This document shows, piece after piece, positions 37,570-50,244 of a stretch of DNA of 60,331 bases. The stretch's first letter is position 1. Every line of letters starts with the position of its first letter. Below the pieces are notes generated by a model. That model worked only from the letters and a program-made list of their open reading frames with translations. It was not told the DNA's origin and did not search any database. This DNA comes from Cercozoa sp. M6MM (taxonomy: Eukaryota > Protista > Endomyxa: Ascetosporea): assembly GCA_040357565.1 (NCBI GenBank), contig JBDODJ010000068.1; one strand, given 5' to 3'. Position numbers and translations under genes: made by a program.

Positions 37570-39950
37570 ATGTCGTATAGGAGAAGTAGAAGGCGGGAGC
37601 GCAGTCGTCTGCATGAGAAACGCTCCGGTCTGGAAGGTCGCAGCTTGTCAGTTGACAGGTTAAGATCTCGCAGTGTTCCAAGTGCTTCAGAAAGCACCCG
37701 GAGCAGTGCGACTCGTTCGGAAGAGCAGGCTAACCTTCGCGGCAGGGAGAAAGTTCAAGAGAAAGCCAGAGAATTTTTCACTCTTCCGAAGCACCATCCA
37801 GCGGTAATGCAACATTCTACTCTTTTTGCCTGCTGAGTCAGTACAGCTCGACTGGTCTTTGAAAACAGCGAACCGGTCTACTTGCCTTGCTGACCGTTGT
37901 CGTTTTCGTGTCGATTTTTGGTATTTCTGGAAACAAGTTTCACGGTCACTGAGTTAGCGCTGGGCTTGTCGGACAGGTGGCGTGTTTTCGAGGCTGTTTG
38001 ATATCAATTACAGGGGTATTGATAGCATCTGTCCCTGGAATAGATGTTGTATAATTGTTCATGTAGACGCACTGTACTTCAGCGTGGTCACCCTCACAAC
38101 GGTCGGCTATGGCGATATCGGTCCCAAAGATGACATTGGCGAGAGGCTGTATGATGACCTAGTGTATGTAGTAAACTGATCGCGACTGTGTGGCTGCTGA
38201 ATTGCAGAGTCGTCATAGTGTTTGTCTTTTTGTCGCTCACACTGATCACGGCTGCGCTCGGATACGTCGCGACACTCGTCGTCGACAGCAACGGTCAGTT
38301 CGCTGCTTTCTCAAATCTCAATCAATGGAACTGCGCAGTGGCCGGTGTGAACACTGCGATTAAATCCATCGCTTCTAGCCCCGGAGGTATTGTACGCCTA
38401 GGTTAGTTCTTGGTTCCCGTCTGGGCCACAACGGTTTTTCGCCGTGACATTGAGCAGACGCTCTGCAGAAACTGCAAAAAACTCGCCAAAAAACGGTTTA
38501 AACGATTCAGTTGTCTGACCAAACTGAAGTGTTTTTCTTGTATGCAGTGGGAAAAGGAAAAGAAAGGCACGGCAGAGCGCTATCGGAGTGATCGGAGGCG
38601 CTCGCGCGGTGGCGGCTTTGGCGGGTTTGAACAGTTCGATGTGCCGACGCAGTGGCTACTGAGTTATCGAAGCTACCGCAGACGACTGCAACAACACAGA
38701 CTTAAGGGCGGTGGCTACCCTTCGACAAAGTGAGCTGTTTTTGCGATAACGCAAGATGTAAAATGTGTGCTCTTTTGGGGAGAACAGGAAGTCGAAATCA
38801 CTGGCTCGATCGAGTCGAAACAGCATCGAGGAACAAGTGGTCTTACAGACCCCAAATCTGTTCTTTGTCGTGTTGGTTCCCATACTGAGCAGTGTAACTT
38901 CAACTTCAACTTGCTGTACCAATACTATAGAGTCTGAGCAAGATGGCCCTCTGTGCAGATCATTGTTTTTCTGGCCGTCGGGGCAGTCATTGCGGCTTTG
39001 TTCGTATGGTAATGCACCTCTGTATCTCACGGGAATCTTTGAATACGAAATTTACACCGTTTTACTGTAGGACGGAAGAATGGGGCTACTTTACGAGTAT
39101 ATACTTCACAATCATCACCATGGTATTGTAACTTCCGCCCCCCACACTGGCACAACTGACTTCTTGTTGTCCACGGTTAGACCACTGTTGGATACGGTGA
39201 CGTGTCACCCAAAACCTGTAATTTACACTCTACCTACGCAAACGGTAAACTATTAGCATTGGGTAAGCTCAGCAAGCGGCCGATGGGTCGCCATCTTTGC
39301 CATCCTCGTGGGCACTCTGACTGCCGCCGGTGCCATCTCTACCGCCGTCGACGCTGTCATGACGGCTCGCCGCAACCGTGTCGGTACAACGAGTGTTCAA
39401 TTACTGCACTGTTAGGGTGACAAAGGGTAAATGGGGTCTTGTAGCGTTGTTGCGACTGCAAAAAACGGCCCTCGCATCGTGGGAACTTTCTCGCCACATT
39501 CGACCGAAACGATGTCATCCTTCCTGCGTACAGATGAGGGAAAGGTATATAATTTATGGCGTTATGCAGGACAACGAGATCGACAAGTTCGAGTTCTTGG
39601 CGCTGTTTCTGCTGCGACTTGGCTTGGTGTCCGAGGAGCAGATCAATGCCATTGCCGACCTTTTCGACAGTACTTACTCTCTTCACTGCTTCCTGTTGCC
39701 CTCTATCTCTTTGACGAACTGACAGAACTCGACGAAGACGGTAGCGGAGCAATCTCGGTCGAGGAGTTTGAGCGAGCACAACGACGCGGCTATCTCCAAG
39801 TGGGCCAGCTACTTGCCTTGCTCGGGTGACACTGACTACTCGCGACCGGCAGTTTATGATGTTACTATACTGGTATCTTAAGCTTCGGACCGCCAAAATG
39901 ATTACCACCCAAGCTGGGACTGTACGGCGCTGGCCCGGGTGGCGGTGAAA
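37570..39950 (+). CDS. Two-pore-domain K+ channel with C-terminal EF-hand(s) (TPK-like); 3' end approximate
   Basis: Two pore loops: DALYFSVVTLTTVGYGDIGP and SIYFTIITMTTVGYGDVSP. EF-hand-like segments DNEIDKFEF and ELDEDGSGAISVEEF. Confidence 0.85.
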
Positions 39951-40387
39951 TTTAGAAGTTTACTAGCGATCTGACTGGACATTCGCATCGCAGTTAAAAG
40001 CGCACGCAGACGGCGATAGTGGAGCCACAACAGACTTGGAACGCGAAAACTGAAGTCGGAGTGGCATCTTTGCTTGTTTGCTTTCTTTAAACAGTGCCAC
40101 TGCCATCAGGACCTCATGCGAGCATGCGCATTGTGACTGACTACGCTGCTTAGTTAGTTTTATATCGAACTCATCTATCTAACTTAGGCAGCGCATGCAC
40201 AGGTCAGGTCAATGCATCGCATGCGATGACCATACAGCGACTACAGCGCAGCCGAATACTTGCGTTGTTGAGTCTATAGCCAGCGCACGGCAATCATCCA
40301 TCATTACGATCACTACACATGTCAGCGCGAGTGCAACCTGCGTGGCTCGAGAGGCGCATGTTCTCAACAGAGAACGCTCCTGGATCG

Positions 40388-43300
40388 TTATGAGTGTGCG
40401 CACTCGTCACCGTCGGACGTCACGAGAGCACGCACGAAGTGTGAAACGACTCGCACACCCTTCAGCAAATTGCGCAAGCGAATGCGCTCGTTGTCCTGCC
40501 CAAACGAGTGTGAACTGAAATACGCCAACGTGCAACTTTGGGCGTTACCAAGTGAGCACGGTCACTCGCCTGTCCGAGCGGAATGTGCGCCTGCAACACA
40601 ATGCCGTTCATAAAACTAACAGTATTACAAGGTAAAGAAACAAATTAAAGCACCACAGGTGCACGCAACGTTTCTTGCAGGAAGTAGGCACACGGCAACG
40701 ATCCGCCCTCACGAATGACGTCTGGCTCGATCTTCCAGACCTAGTCAAATTCTATTCCTTCCGCGCGGACACAAAAAGTCCTGACTCAGATTAACTTACC
40801 GCTTTGACAGCCTCGCGTGCACAAGCGAATACTCGGCTCTGATCGGCGTGCTCGTGCTGCCACCAGTCGCCAGTGCATACCACGTCGATGTCTAGCGTGT
40901 TGCCGCTGCCTCCAGTCTGTGAATAGCTCTCAGAAACATAATGATGAAATAACGGAAAGTTGAGTCTACGGCAGTCATTTCGGCGAACTTTGAGCGCAGG
41001 TGCGTTTCGATAGATTCGGCAACCTTCGCAGCTGTCTTAGCACGAACAAGGGTCAACAAGTACAACAGTAAAAGCGAGAAAACTAACTTGATTCGGCACA
41101 AGACGGACTGACACCGTGGCCGTGCAAGAACGCGAAATCACACTTCGCGATGCCGAAGAGAGTTCAAGCTGAGTACAGACAGAATTAAATTAGCACAACA
41201 CACATTCTAAAAGCAGTGTACAGCATGCAACGAAAGCGAAGGTCGACACCATCCTATGTTGTTTTATTCAGTCACTCGGTAGAGTACAAAAGCCAAGGTA
41301 AAGTTACGTCGACTCAACGTGTCTCGTGCACTGCCGTCGCCCCGAAGTTGTGACACTCCAAGTGCTGTTTCATTCAACTTTCATCCTTGGACGTCACAAC
41401 AGCCAACATAAAGCCGTTGTACACTTGAGGTATTCTTCGGGCGAGAATGTAACATCAGTCAATCGGGAACACGTCATGTCCTGCTTGAACGCAATATAAA
41501 GCAGTGGCTGGGGCCAGGTTTAGTTTTAAACTCGACTAACCAAATGCGGCAACAGACGTGCTTCGTCCAAAACATCGTCGTAGAAGTGCGGAACTAGCAC
41601 GTCGCCCTAAATTTCGTTAGTTATTGCTTCGCATTCAGTTGTTCGTTGGAAGAAAGTGAGTGTACGCTGTGTGAGTGCTGTAATGACGACAATAAATGCG
41701 CCATGTCCATCTGTTTAAAAGCAACAAAACAGATTAAAACAAGGAAAGTGATCAAGTTGATCGTTTTACAGTTGGTTCGCTGTATGCACCGCCGTGCAGT
41801 CCCGAGTGAAAGTCGCGCCTGCAGAAACATGATGTGCAAGCACAGATTGTTGAACCAGAATAACCTACGACGGCCCGTGAACAGCGAGGTCCAGCTTAAG
41901 CACGCCACGCATGCCACACTGCCAAAAAGAAACAGCAACCTTGCAAGGAAAAAACTCAACGCAACAACACTCAGGGTACATTGATTGCGGGTCGTGTGTC
42001 GTCCAGCCAGTACGAGTTGCAAACCAACACAGCTACAGACATCATTGGGTGTCATCAACAACAAAATACACGCAAAAAGGGTACCTGAGGTTTCATCAGG
42101 CGTGCACCAATCGGAATGACTCAAAACTGCTTCACGCACGCCGCCGTTCTGAAAAGATAGGCACAACTTTCACAATAAAAAAGCTGGTATGAAGAAAGCG
42201 AAACCTTCGAATCGTTCTCTTCCTCGCCTTCAATCACCATAACGAGTTGAACATCCGGTGTATCTTCCATTGCATTGAAGTATTCAATTGCTTCGGCAAA
42301 TGCCATCGCAATGGCCAATACAGGACCTATCGATACAGCATCGCAATAATTCCGAAATGCACGTTTCAACTTTTGCAAAACTGAATGGCACCTTTGTTGT
42401 CGCTGGTGCCGCGACCATAGAGGAAGCCATTTTCACACCGCAACTCGTAAGGATCCGATTGCCAATTCGCTTCGCTTTTTCATTCGCAAAACACACGTCC
42501 GCGCGGATAGTAGAGGACACGCGAAGAAACAAATTAATTTACTTGGCGGGTTGCACATCGTAGTGGCCGTAAAACACAACCTTGGTGACCTTAGAATCTG
42601 TTCTACAGTGAAACGTAATCCCAGAGATGCTCTAAAAACCCAAACGAAAAGATCGATACCGAGTGGGTTGGGTCGAAAACTTTGCGAACAAAACCGGGTT
42701 CTTTTGCCTTTTCATCTGAAAGGGCATGCTGTAAAAGCCATGTTTCAGTGAATCAGAAAGCCAACAGACCTGAGAAATGCGGGTCTGCGCACCGAGTGAC
42801 TCCAATTGGTTGCGCAGTACTTTGCTGCGGAAAGACTCGAAGTGCAAGCATTGAACGGCACTGGCAGAAAGTGGAGCTACCAGCACTGAAAGCACGCTGT
42901 CGAGTCTCGATAAGGAATCACGCTCACCTGTGATCGAAACAGTTTACACAAAAGAAAAGAAAGAAGGAACATAAACTCACAGAAGGAACGGCGACGCTTT
43001 TTCGCAGCATTTTGAGCAAAATCTGTAGGCAAAGTCTTCTTCCGCAACTGAATCTTCTCTGTAAAAAAAAGAGTACAAAAGCCCGATCGCCGTCTTGCTT
43101 TGGTACTTGCACTGTGCGACAAAAAAGAAATAAAGGATATCTACATGCTGAAACAACAAGAATGTACCCATTGCACGGTCGATACTTTGCTTGTCTGTCA
43201 ATGACACATGTTCTTTGCGAAAGCCAACACGAAGAGGCGAAACAAACGATACCAAACGTCGGTATAGGCAGAACAATCACTGAGCCAGAGGAACAAAACT

Positions 43301-45190
43301 GGAACTGACAAAAACCAAAGAAAATGCACAAACGCACCTGTGGAATCACTGAGTGCAACAGCAAACAGTCGCTTCGACTTGGCAGCGTCCACCGCGAAAG
43401 CCGAACTTTAAACGCAAGAAGAAACTTGCTGCTACAGCTCTCGAAGGTCCACAAAACAGCGGAAAAGTACGATGACAGACGGAACGAGTGCAATCGATCT
43501 TGCAATGCGAAAAACGTGTGGATTTCGCCGCTTCGATCGCCCAAAACTCTGCACCCAAAAGGTAACCACAGAAACACTAGCATTCAAGCAAGTCGAGCAA
43601 AAGAGCAGATACGCGAAATCCCAGGCACTCAGCATCGACGGTGTCGCCGGATTATCGCCTGCTCAGTTTCACGTTCAGTTTGACAAATAACGTCCGCGCG
43701 AACGCAGAAAATACAGAAAAAAGAAAACTGAGACAAACCCAAATCGACATGTCGTACGACACGTCCGTGCTGTGTCACAACGACGCTGCCTGTCCACATG
43801 GACCAATGTCCATACAGACAGTCCAGTCGGACCAAAGATGTCCAAACGTACCGTCGGCACGCGCAGTGATGATGTAGTTCTCGCCGTGTTCGACGACAGC
43901 GCACGCGTGCACGGTGCCGTTCATGTGCGCCGACATGCCGCGCAGGTCAGCGATCACTTCCGCGCGGACGAGTCCGCCGTCATCCGCGCGTAACTCCCAC
44001 TCGGTCAAACGACCGTCTCGAGCGGCCGAGATAAAGCGCTTTTCTTTCTGGGAGGAGGTAAGGTAGTAAAGTGGGGGGGGGGGGGTTAAAGTTACCACAG
44101 GCACAACGGCAGTGACTGAAGCGTAATGGTGCCGCATGATCTGCGTTTCTTGCTTCCTGTGCCAAAGATAGATTTAAGCTCCCAAACTGAGACTAGTCAG
44201 CAACTGCTTCTACCCAGTGAGATCAAGCACAGCCACGTGCGCATCTCGCAAGCCCACACATCTACAAGGTCAACCGGGAAAATACAAAGGGAAAATATTT
44301 AAAAAAAAGACGAAAAAGGAAATACAGAAAGTTCCGAACAATGCAAGCACTCAACGGATGCCCTGGCAACTAGAAAAACAACAGCACAAACTACAATAAA
44401 CAACAAGCAAAAAACAAAACAACAAACCAAAAATAAAAGCAATTTAAAAAAAAAACAACAAGAAAATACAACAAACGTACCTCGAACGACAAAAGCGAAA
44501 TTGGCGCGATTTCCACTTCAATCAGGCTCTCGTCGAACGCGAAAAACGCGATGCGTTTTTCAAACTAAACACAACAACAGACTTAAAAAACAACACAAAA
44601 ACAACACAAAAACAAAAACCAACAACAAAAACAAACAAAAAAAAAAAAACAAGCAAACAAACAAGCCACAACAAAAAACAAAAAACAACAAAAAAAAAGA
44701 ACAATCAACAACAAACAACAACAACAAAAACAACAGCAACAAAAAACAAAAATAAACAACAAAACCCACCGAAAGCGCGCAAACACAGACGTGTCCTGGC
44801 AGAAGTGACGGCACGTGTCGCGCAGCTTCGTCGGACAGGACGATCAATCGGTGTATGCCGCCTTGTTTGCTGCATAGTGTGGGGTAGCGAAGAAGTGGGG
44901 GGGGGGGGGTAAATCAAGGGGAACTCACAAGATCGGCCAGAGCTGGAGTCGTTCGAAGGTCGACTGACACCAGACGGAAACGTTGCCATTGGCGTCGCCA
45001 CTGCGCAGTCCGCCCAGAGATGATTTTGAACACAACAAACGGACTTACTGTACCACAAAAACACGTCCTCGGTCGCAGTCACCGTCAATACTGAGGGGAG
45101 AACAAACACGACAGCTTCGCACAACAAGAATCACGCGCGATCATTCTTACCTTGATCGACCTGAAGCACATGCTGTATTTCGTCCATCAT
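40388..45190 (-). CDS. WD40 + M20 metallopeptidase fusion (Dug2-like)
   Basis: N-terminal WD-like repeats (FISAARDGRLTEWEL; YIITARADGTFGHLW). M20 motifs VVFYGHYDVQPA, LYGRGTSDNKGP, VIEGEEE, IREGGSLP and AHLDNERI. Confidence 0.85.
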
Positions 45191-45378
45191 GGTGCTAAAT
45201 GTGTTCAAGGGAGTGCGTGCTCAAATCTTCACCGACTGGACTGCGCGATAAGCTAGTAGAACGCTGAATTGCACAGAAAGCTCCACCGTGATCAGTTCCG
45301 TCCCCAAAAATAAAACCCTTGCAGGTCGCCACTTTGGCTGCAGCAAGCAGCGTACGTGTGTGCTAGCAGTGCGGATGA

Positions 45379-48300
45379 ATGAGCTGGAAGTGTCCAGAGT
45401 GTACTTACGCCAACGATCCATCCGATGATCAGTGCTGGGCGTGCGAAAGCGCGCGACCCAAGCGGCGCCGCCAGCGGAACAAGCAGGTCTCGGTCGCACG
45501 AGTGACGACCTCAGCTGGTTTGGTCATTTCGTCGGTGTACCGTAGCTTTTAGTTCTCCAAATGTGCAGTCGAAGTGATCGTTCTTGACTCGGACTCGGAA
45601 GACGAGAAACACACGAAAAACGCGTCAAAGAAACAAGTCACGAAAAAACAAATGAGACCACAGAGAAACGCACAAGTTGCACCGCCGCCGAAACGACGGA
45701 AATCACGACATACTGTCGAGCCAGACACTGACTGGAGGTTGGAGGTTTTGGGATCGCAAGCGACGTTTTCGCCCTCTGAGTGAGCTCGGCTTTGTTTGCT
45801 TTTTGCTTTTGCTTTCGCTGGGGTTGCTTTGCTTTCGCTGGGGTTGCTTTAGCCGAGAATTTTGCAGAACAAAGCCGACAGAAGAAGCTTCGGGTCTGTG
45901 GAGTCATTCTTTCGCTCCAAAGAACGCGAGCGAGCTTTGCATCAACAAAAAGTAACTCTTCGCTCCTTCAGTTTTGTTGGTGATCGCTGCATGCGTTTCT
46001 CGTTTTGTAGGAGAATACAAGAAACCAAACAGTGGTTACAAAGTGCACTGAAAGGTCACCAACGATTGTTGTTTCTAACGGGACCCACTGGCTGCGGCAA
46101 GAGCACGCTGGTGACCGTGCTGGCTCGTGATCTCGGATGCAATGTCAGCACCGTCGAGTATGGTCGCACACCGGCTGGAGCAGCGGATTCATCAGTTTCG
46201 CACATGTGGCACTTTGAACAAGTGTGTTTACTTTAGTTTTTAATGTTTGCCTTAAACTTTGCGTTTCAGGCTTTGTTGCGAAGCGTGGCGTCCTGGAAAT
46301 CGGTAACTTTCACAAAATTGAAAACGAACTGGTTAATCCAGCACCCTTAAATTCCGCACTAATCGGCAGATTTATGTGGTGGAACTGTTTCCGCCACTCC
46401 AGATAGCTGAAATTCGCTCACGGTACTTGCTTAGTGCTGCGGCAGTTTGCAATTTCGTATTTTTGTTTCGGGCAGATTTCACATTTTGCTGCATCGTTTG
46501 CTGCGCTATCGAGGCGCTCCGGTGGTCTTCACCATTTGTACGGTACGACTGGATCTGTTCTGTTTATTTCGACTGTCTGAGGCTGTGTTGGACTCAGTGC
46601 AAGTCGGATTTGGCACTTTGGCGCGATGTTGACGAGTCAGTTCGAGTGAGTTTTGTTCTTCTTGACATATCTAGCTGTTTTGTTCCACATTACCTACCCC
46701 ATGTAGCTCAACTCAACCGTGCACACGATAGAGTTGCCTGCAGTATCGTTTCTTTAATTGATCGGAAGAAAGAAACGCAGTGTTAATGTTGTTTTCAGTT
46801 GAGTGACACGGCAGTTCGAAAGACACTAACGCAGATGGCATCGACTGTGACGATTCCGTTGGCGTCGAAATCCACGATAGAACAAGTTTCGCAGGCTTCG
46901 CAGTTCATGCGGTCAGCTTTCATCGTTGGTCAATTTCTTGGAATTAAAAGCTGTGAACATACGCAGACAAGGCGGGCCGACTCGGCGCCGGCAGTTGCGA
47001 AAACCGTCAGCTTTGGCGACGGTTGAATGCGCTGTGCACTGTGTGTTTTCCTTATTTTCCCTTGACCCCTTTTTTGGCATTTACTTTGTTTGTTCTGACC
47101 TTATTCGTTCACTGTGCAGGTGCGAAAGGCGACATGCGCGCAGCTTTCAACGCTCTGCAGTTCGGCGTGGACGCTTGCGCAAATTCCGATGAACATCTCA
47201 CGCTGTTTCGCACGGTATGCCTTGTGGGGGAAGGAGTACAGGGGTACAGAGAGTAAATGGTGTGCGTAGGTGGGTCGCGTGCTGCACCGCAAGCAGGACG
47301 CGCTCCAGAGTGCTCTGGACAGCACCACCATGTCGCATGCTCGGTACTTTTGTTTCCTTTGATAAACAGTCCAGATGGACTCAGTGGGGTCCATGTAAAC
47401 GCGCAGGCTGATGGACTGGCTATTTGAAAACTGGCCGTCCTATGTCGATCCGGGCGAAGGTTCTACTTTCCTCACTTTACCTTGTGCTTTCTTACCCCCC
47501 ATTCCAGACGACAAGCAAGGCTTCGAGTTCGAAGACGACGACGACGAGAGCGCACTGCGCATGGACGCTGCCATGACAGGTACATTTTGTCCAAGAGTGT
47601 AAATGGGATATAACTGGGTATGTGACTGACAGGAACTTCACAGTACGCGCAGCTGCTGTCACAATGCGACTTTCTTCTCAGCGTACTTCTCACACCTCTA
47701 TCACCATTTATCCCCCCCCCCCTCCCGCCACCTCCCCACTCCCGCTCAGAATGGCGGTGGGCTGGGCTCCTGGCACGCATCGACTCTGGACTTGTCCGAT
47801 GCAGTTCGAGCCGGAGCCACAATGGTACTGTCCACAAAAACTGTGCCGTCCTAGCTAAGGGAGCGATGTAGTTGGCTGGCGAGTCGCTGGTGTCCTGGAG
47901 CACGCGACGCGAAATCTGCGAAGCTGCCGCCGTCACTGCTGCACGCGGCTTTCAGGTGATTTTTTCTTCTCCTTCGCGTGACAGACTGCGAGCAGTTTTA
48001 GAAATACGAAAATGTAGGTGCTGACACCCGCGCGGAAGGCGAGTGCTTTCACTCAGTTACGACGGCCACGCGATCGAACCGTGTGTGAAGCCGTCGCTGG
48101 CCGGCTTGCGACGTTCCACAAACACGTTTGTTCACTTTCGATTCTCCTCGAAGTTTGTTTCTGATACACCATGATGAAAGCAGAGAGTTGAAACACCGTA
48201 CGAGGTGCAACAGGTGCTCGAGCAGCGTTTGCTTGACTCCAGAGGTGCATTTTCCATCATTTCCTGACCGCGCGGACAAAATGATAGAATTTTTACTGGA

Positions 48301-48638
48301 ATCCTTTTTGATACTTGCAGTGAGCAAAAGCAAGCAAGAACTGGCGCTGTTGGTGGCGAAATGCACCTTCTTTCGCAATCGTATTTCTCCCAACTTAGTT
48401 CAGTATTTTCCCTGACTCAGGTGTTTGATTTGACTCTGTTTTAGGCGAGTGGAGAAACGCGACTGCGCTTGAGCAGTCCGTCGCTGCTGCATGTCGGCAC
48501 CGAGTGCCTCACCTCTCAGTGGCGCGGGGTGCTGACAGAGGAGACACCGCTAGCGACGGCAACGAGAGCGATAGTGACGAGAGACAGCGCCGAGAGCAGT
48601 GCCGTTTGGCGGACTCGCTTCCGGTCGACGAAGACTAG
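45379..48638 (+). CDS. RAD17: RAD17 checkpoint clamp loader with an N-terminal NZF/RanBP2 zinc finger and SIM
   Basis: LWSHSFAPKNASELCINKKRIQETKQWL, Walker A LTGPTGCGKST, AKGDMRAAFNALQF, DEHLTLFRTVGRVLHRK and LFENWPSY. The first exon is MSWKCPECTYANDPSDDQCWACESARP. Confidence 0.85.
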
Positions 48639-48779
48639 ATTCAGTTAAACCACCAGTAGGAGGTACTAAGTCCAGTTTTAAACGAAACGAAACACGGGCA
48701 CCCGGACCGGGATCAAGCGAAGTGGTCACAAGTCGCTTGTGCAAACCCACATAGCTTTAGCACTGTTCTCGGCATCACA

Positions 48780-49987
48780 ATGTCAGATACACCACGGGAC
48801 AGTGTTTTGGAAGGCGTGAGATCGGCCTGGCGCAACTCGGAGCGCGTCGTTTACAAGTGCGCTCGATGCATCATTTGTTGTTTTTTAATGTTCCGGCTGT
48901 TTGACGATTTTGAACAGGGACTTGCCGCGCTTGAGCCGCCGAATTCAGGTTGTAGTCGATGGGGAAACGAAGCTTGTTTGTGGTGGTAGTGCCCCCCTAC
49001 AACAAAGTTGTCGCTTCCTTGATTGTTTGTTGGATGCAACCTCAGGTGATGTCCCTGAGGGCATCAATGCCTACAGTGTGCCAGATGAAGTGTTTGAGGA
49101 GAGTGTGGTGAGTTCCTATGTCTTCAACCCTTGAGCGTTGGCTTAATATCCGTGTGCTTTGAAAGGGTGACAACTGGGCTGGTGTTTGCAACTGCTTAAG
49201 AGAGATCGCGCTCTGTGTGGGGCATTGCGAGGAGGAAGCACTCGCATTGCAGTGCCATCCTTTTTAATTCAGTCTTGGTGGGCAGTCACTGTCTTTTTTG
49301 TGCTAAAGAGAAGCGGCCGAAGCACACCGACCAGCTGAAAACGGCGATATGCAGATGGCGCTGCAAGCACTGTTCCAAGAGCCGCTTGGTAAAAAAACGA
49401 AACTTTGACTCTAAGACACGGGGTAAAGTTCGTGTTTTGATGCCTTAGCATGCTTGGAGGGCGGAATGCAGTCGCGCATCGGCAGCGTGCTGCGCGCCAT
49501 GCCACAAACCATCATTTTCCCGGCGATGGGTGCTTTGACGCAGTCGATGCTGCAGGGTGCTCTCATGAAGGACGTGCGCACACCCTTTGGCTGGCAGATC
49601 ATCGTTGACAAGTATGCTTCAGTGCTACTTCCCTTTTTCGTATATACGCTTTGTCTGGCAGACAGAGCGATTGGCACGGCGACACCAGCAGTGCCATCTC
49701 GGTGACACACCGCAGGTGGATGCAAAGCTTGGACTCAGCACTCGCACTGACGCACCATAGCATCCAGTGGGAACTCAAGATCACGCTCGACTCGACCCTG
49801 AGCGAGATCAAAGCCGCCATTCTTCGCGTGTTGCGCTACAAGACGCACCCCGATGCACCAGTATTGAACAGACTTTGAATCTCCGCACCGGACTTAGTGG
49901 ACTGAGTTAAGTGCACCCTTGTTGCAGGCCGAGGTTGTCGATCGGTTGCGACAAATCACTGCTGGCGGGTCGCTCATTATTCACTAG
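48780..49987 (+). CDS. Conserved-looking protist protein; resembles the C-terminal domain of Dictyostelium GlfB-type RasGEFs (recalled, unverified)
   Basis: KDVRTPFGWQIIVD..ISVTHRRWMQSLD..HSIQWELKITLD..GGSLIIH-TAG; clean GT-AG exon chain. Confidence 0.5.
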
Positions 49988-50244
49988 GCCGCCGACGGGG
50001 CTTTCAGTGTTGCTTGTGCGACGACAGGTGCATGTACATTCATGTACTGTCGACTTGTACGCCGCGTTGTATCATCGCCGAAATCGAATTTTGCCGTGCT
50101 GTCTGTCCCACAGGGTACACAAGAGTCCGGTCACTGGCTACAGAATGTCTGGCTTTTTTTGCAAAAATTCCTGTCTTGACGCCATCAACCCGCTTTGTTA
50201 GTGCACGATTGGCCTGACTATCTCTTATCTGGTTCGTTTCCACA

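Noticed and set aside
52-45190. Redox/glutathione gene cluster (GCL, thioredoxin, Dug2-like)
   Set aside because: The genes are tens of kb apart and separated by unrelated genes; chance co-location is sufficient.
45221-45421. Alternative upstream start (MDRWRKY..) for the Dug2-like gene
   Set aside because: It is the antisense of RAD17's NZF exon; ATG 45190 gives a coherent spliced N-terminus.
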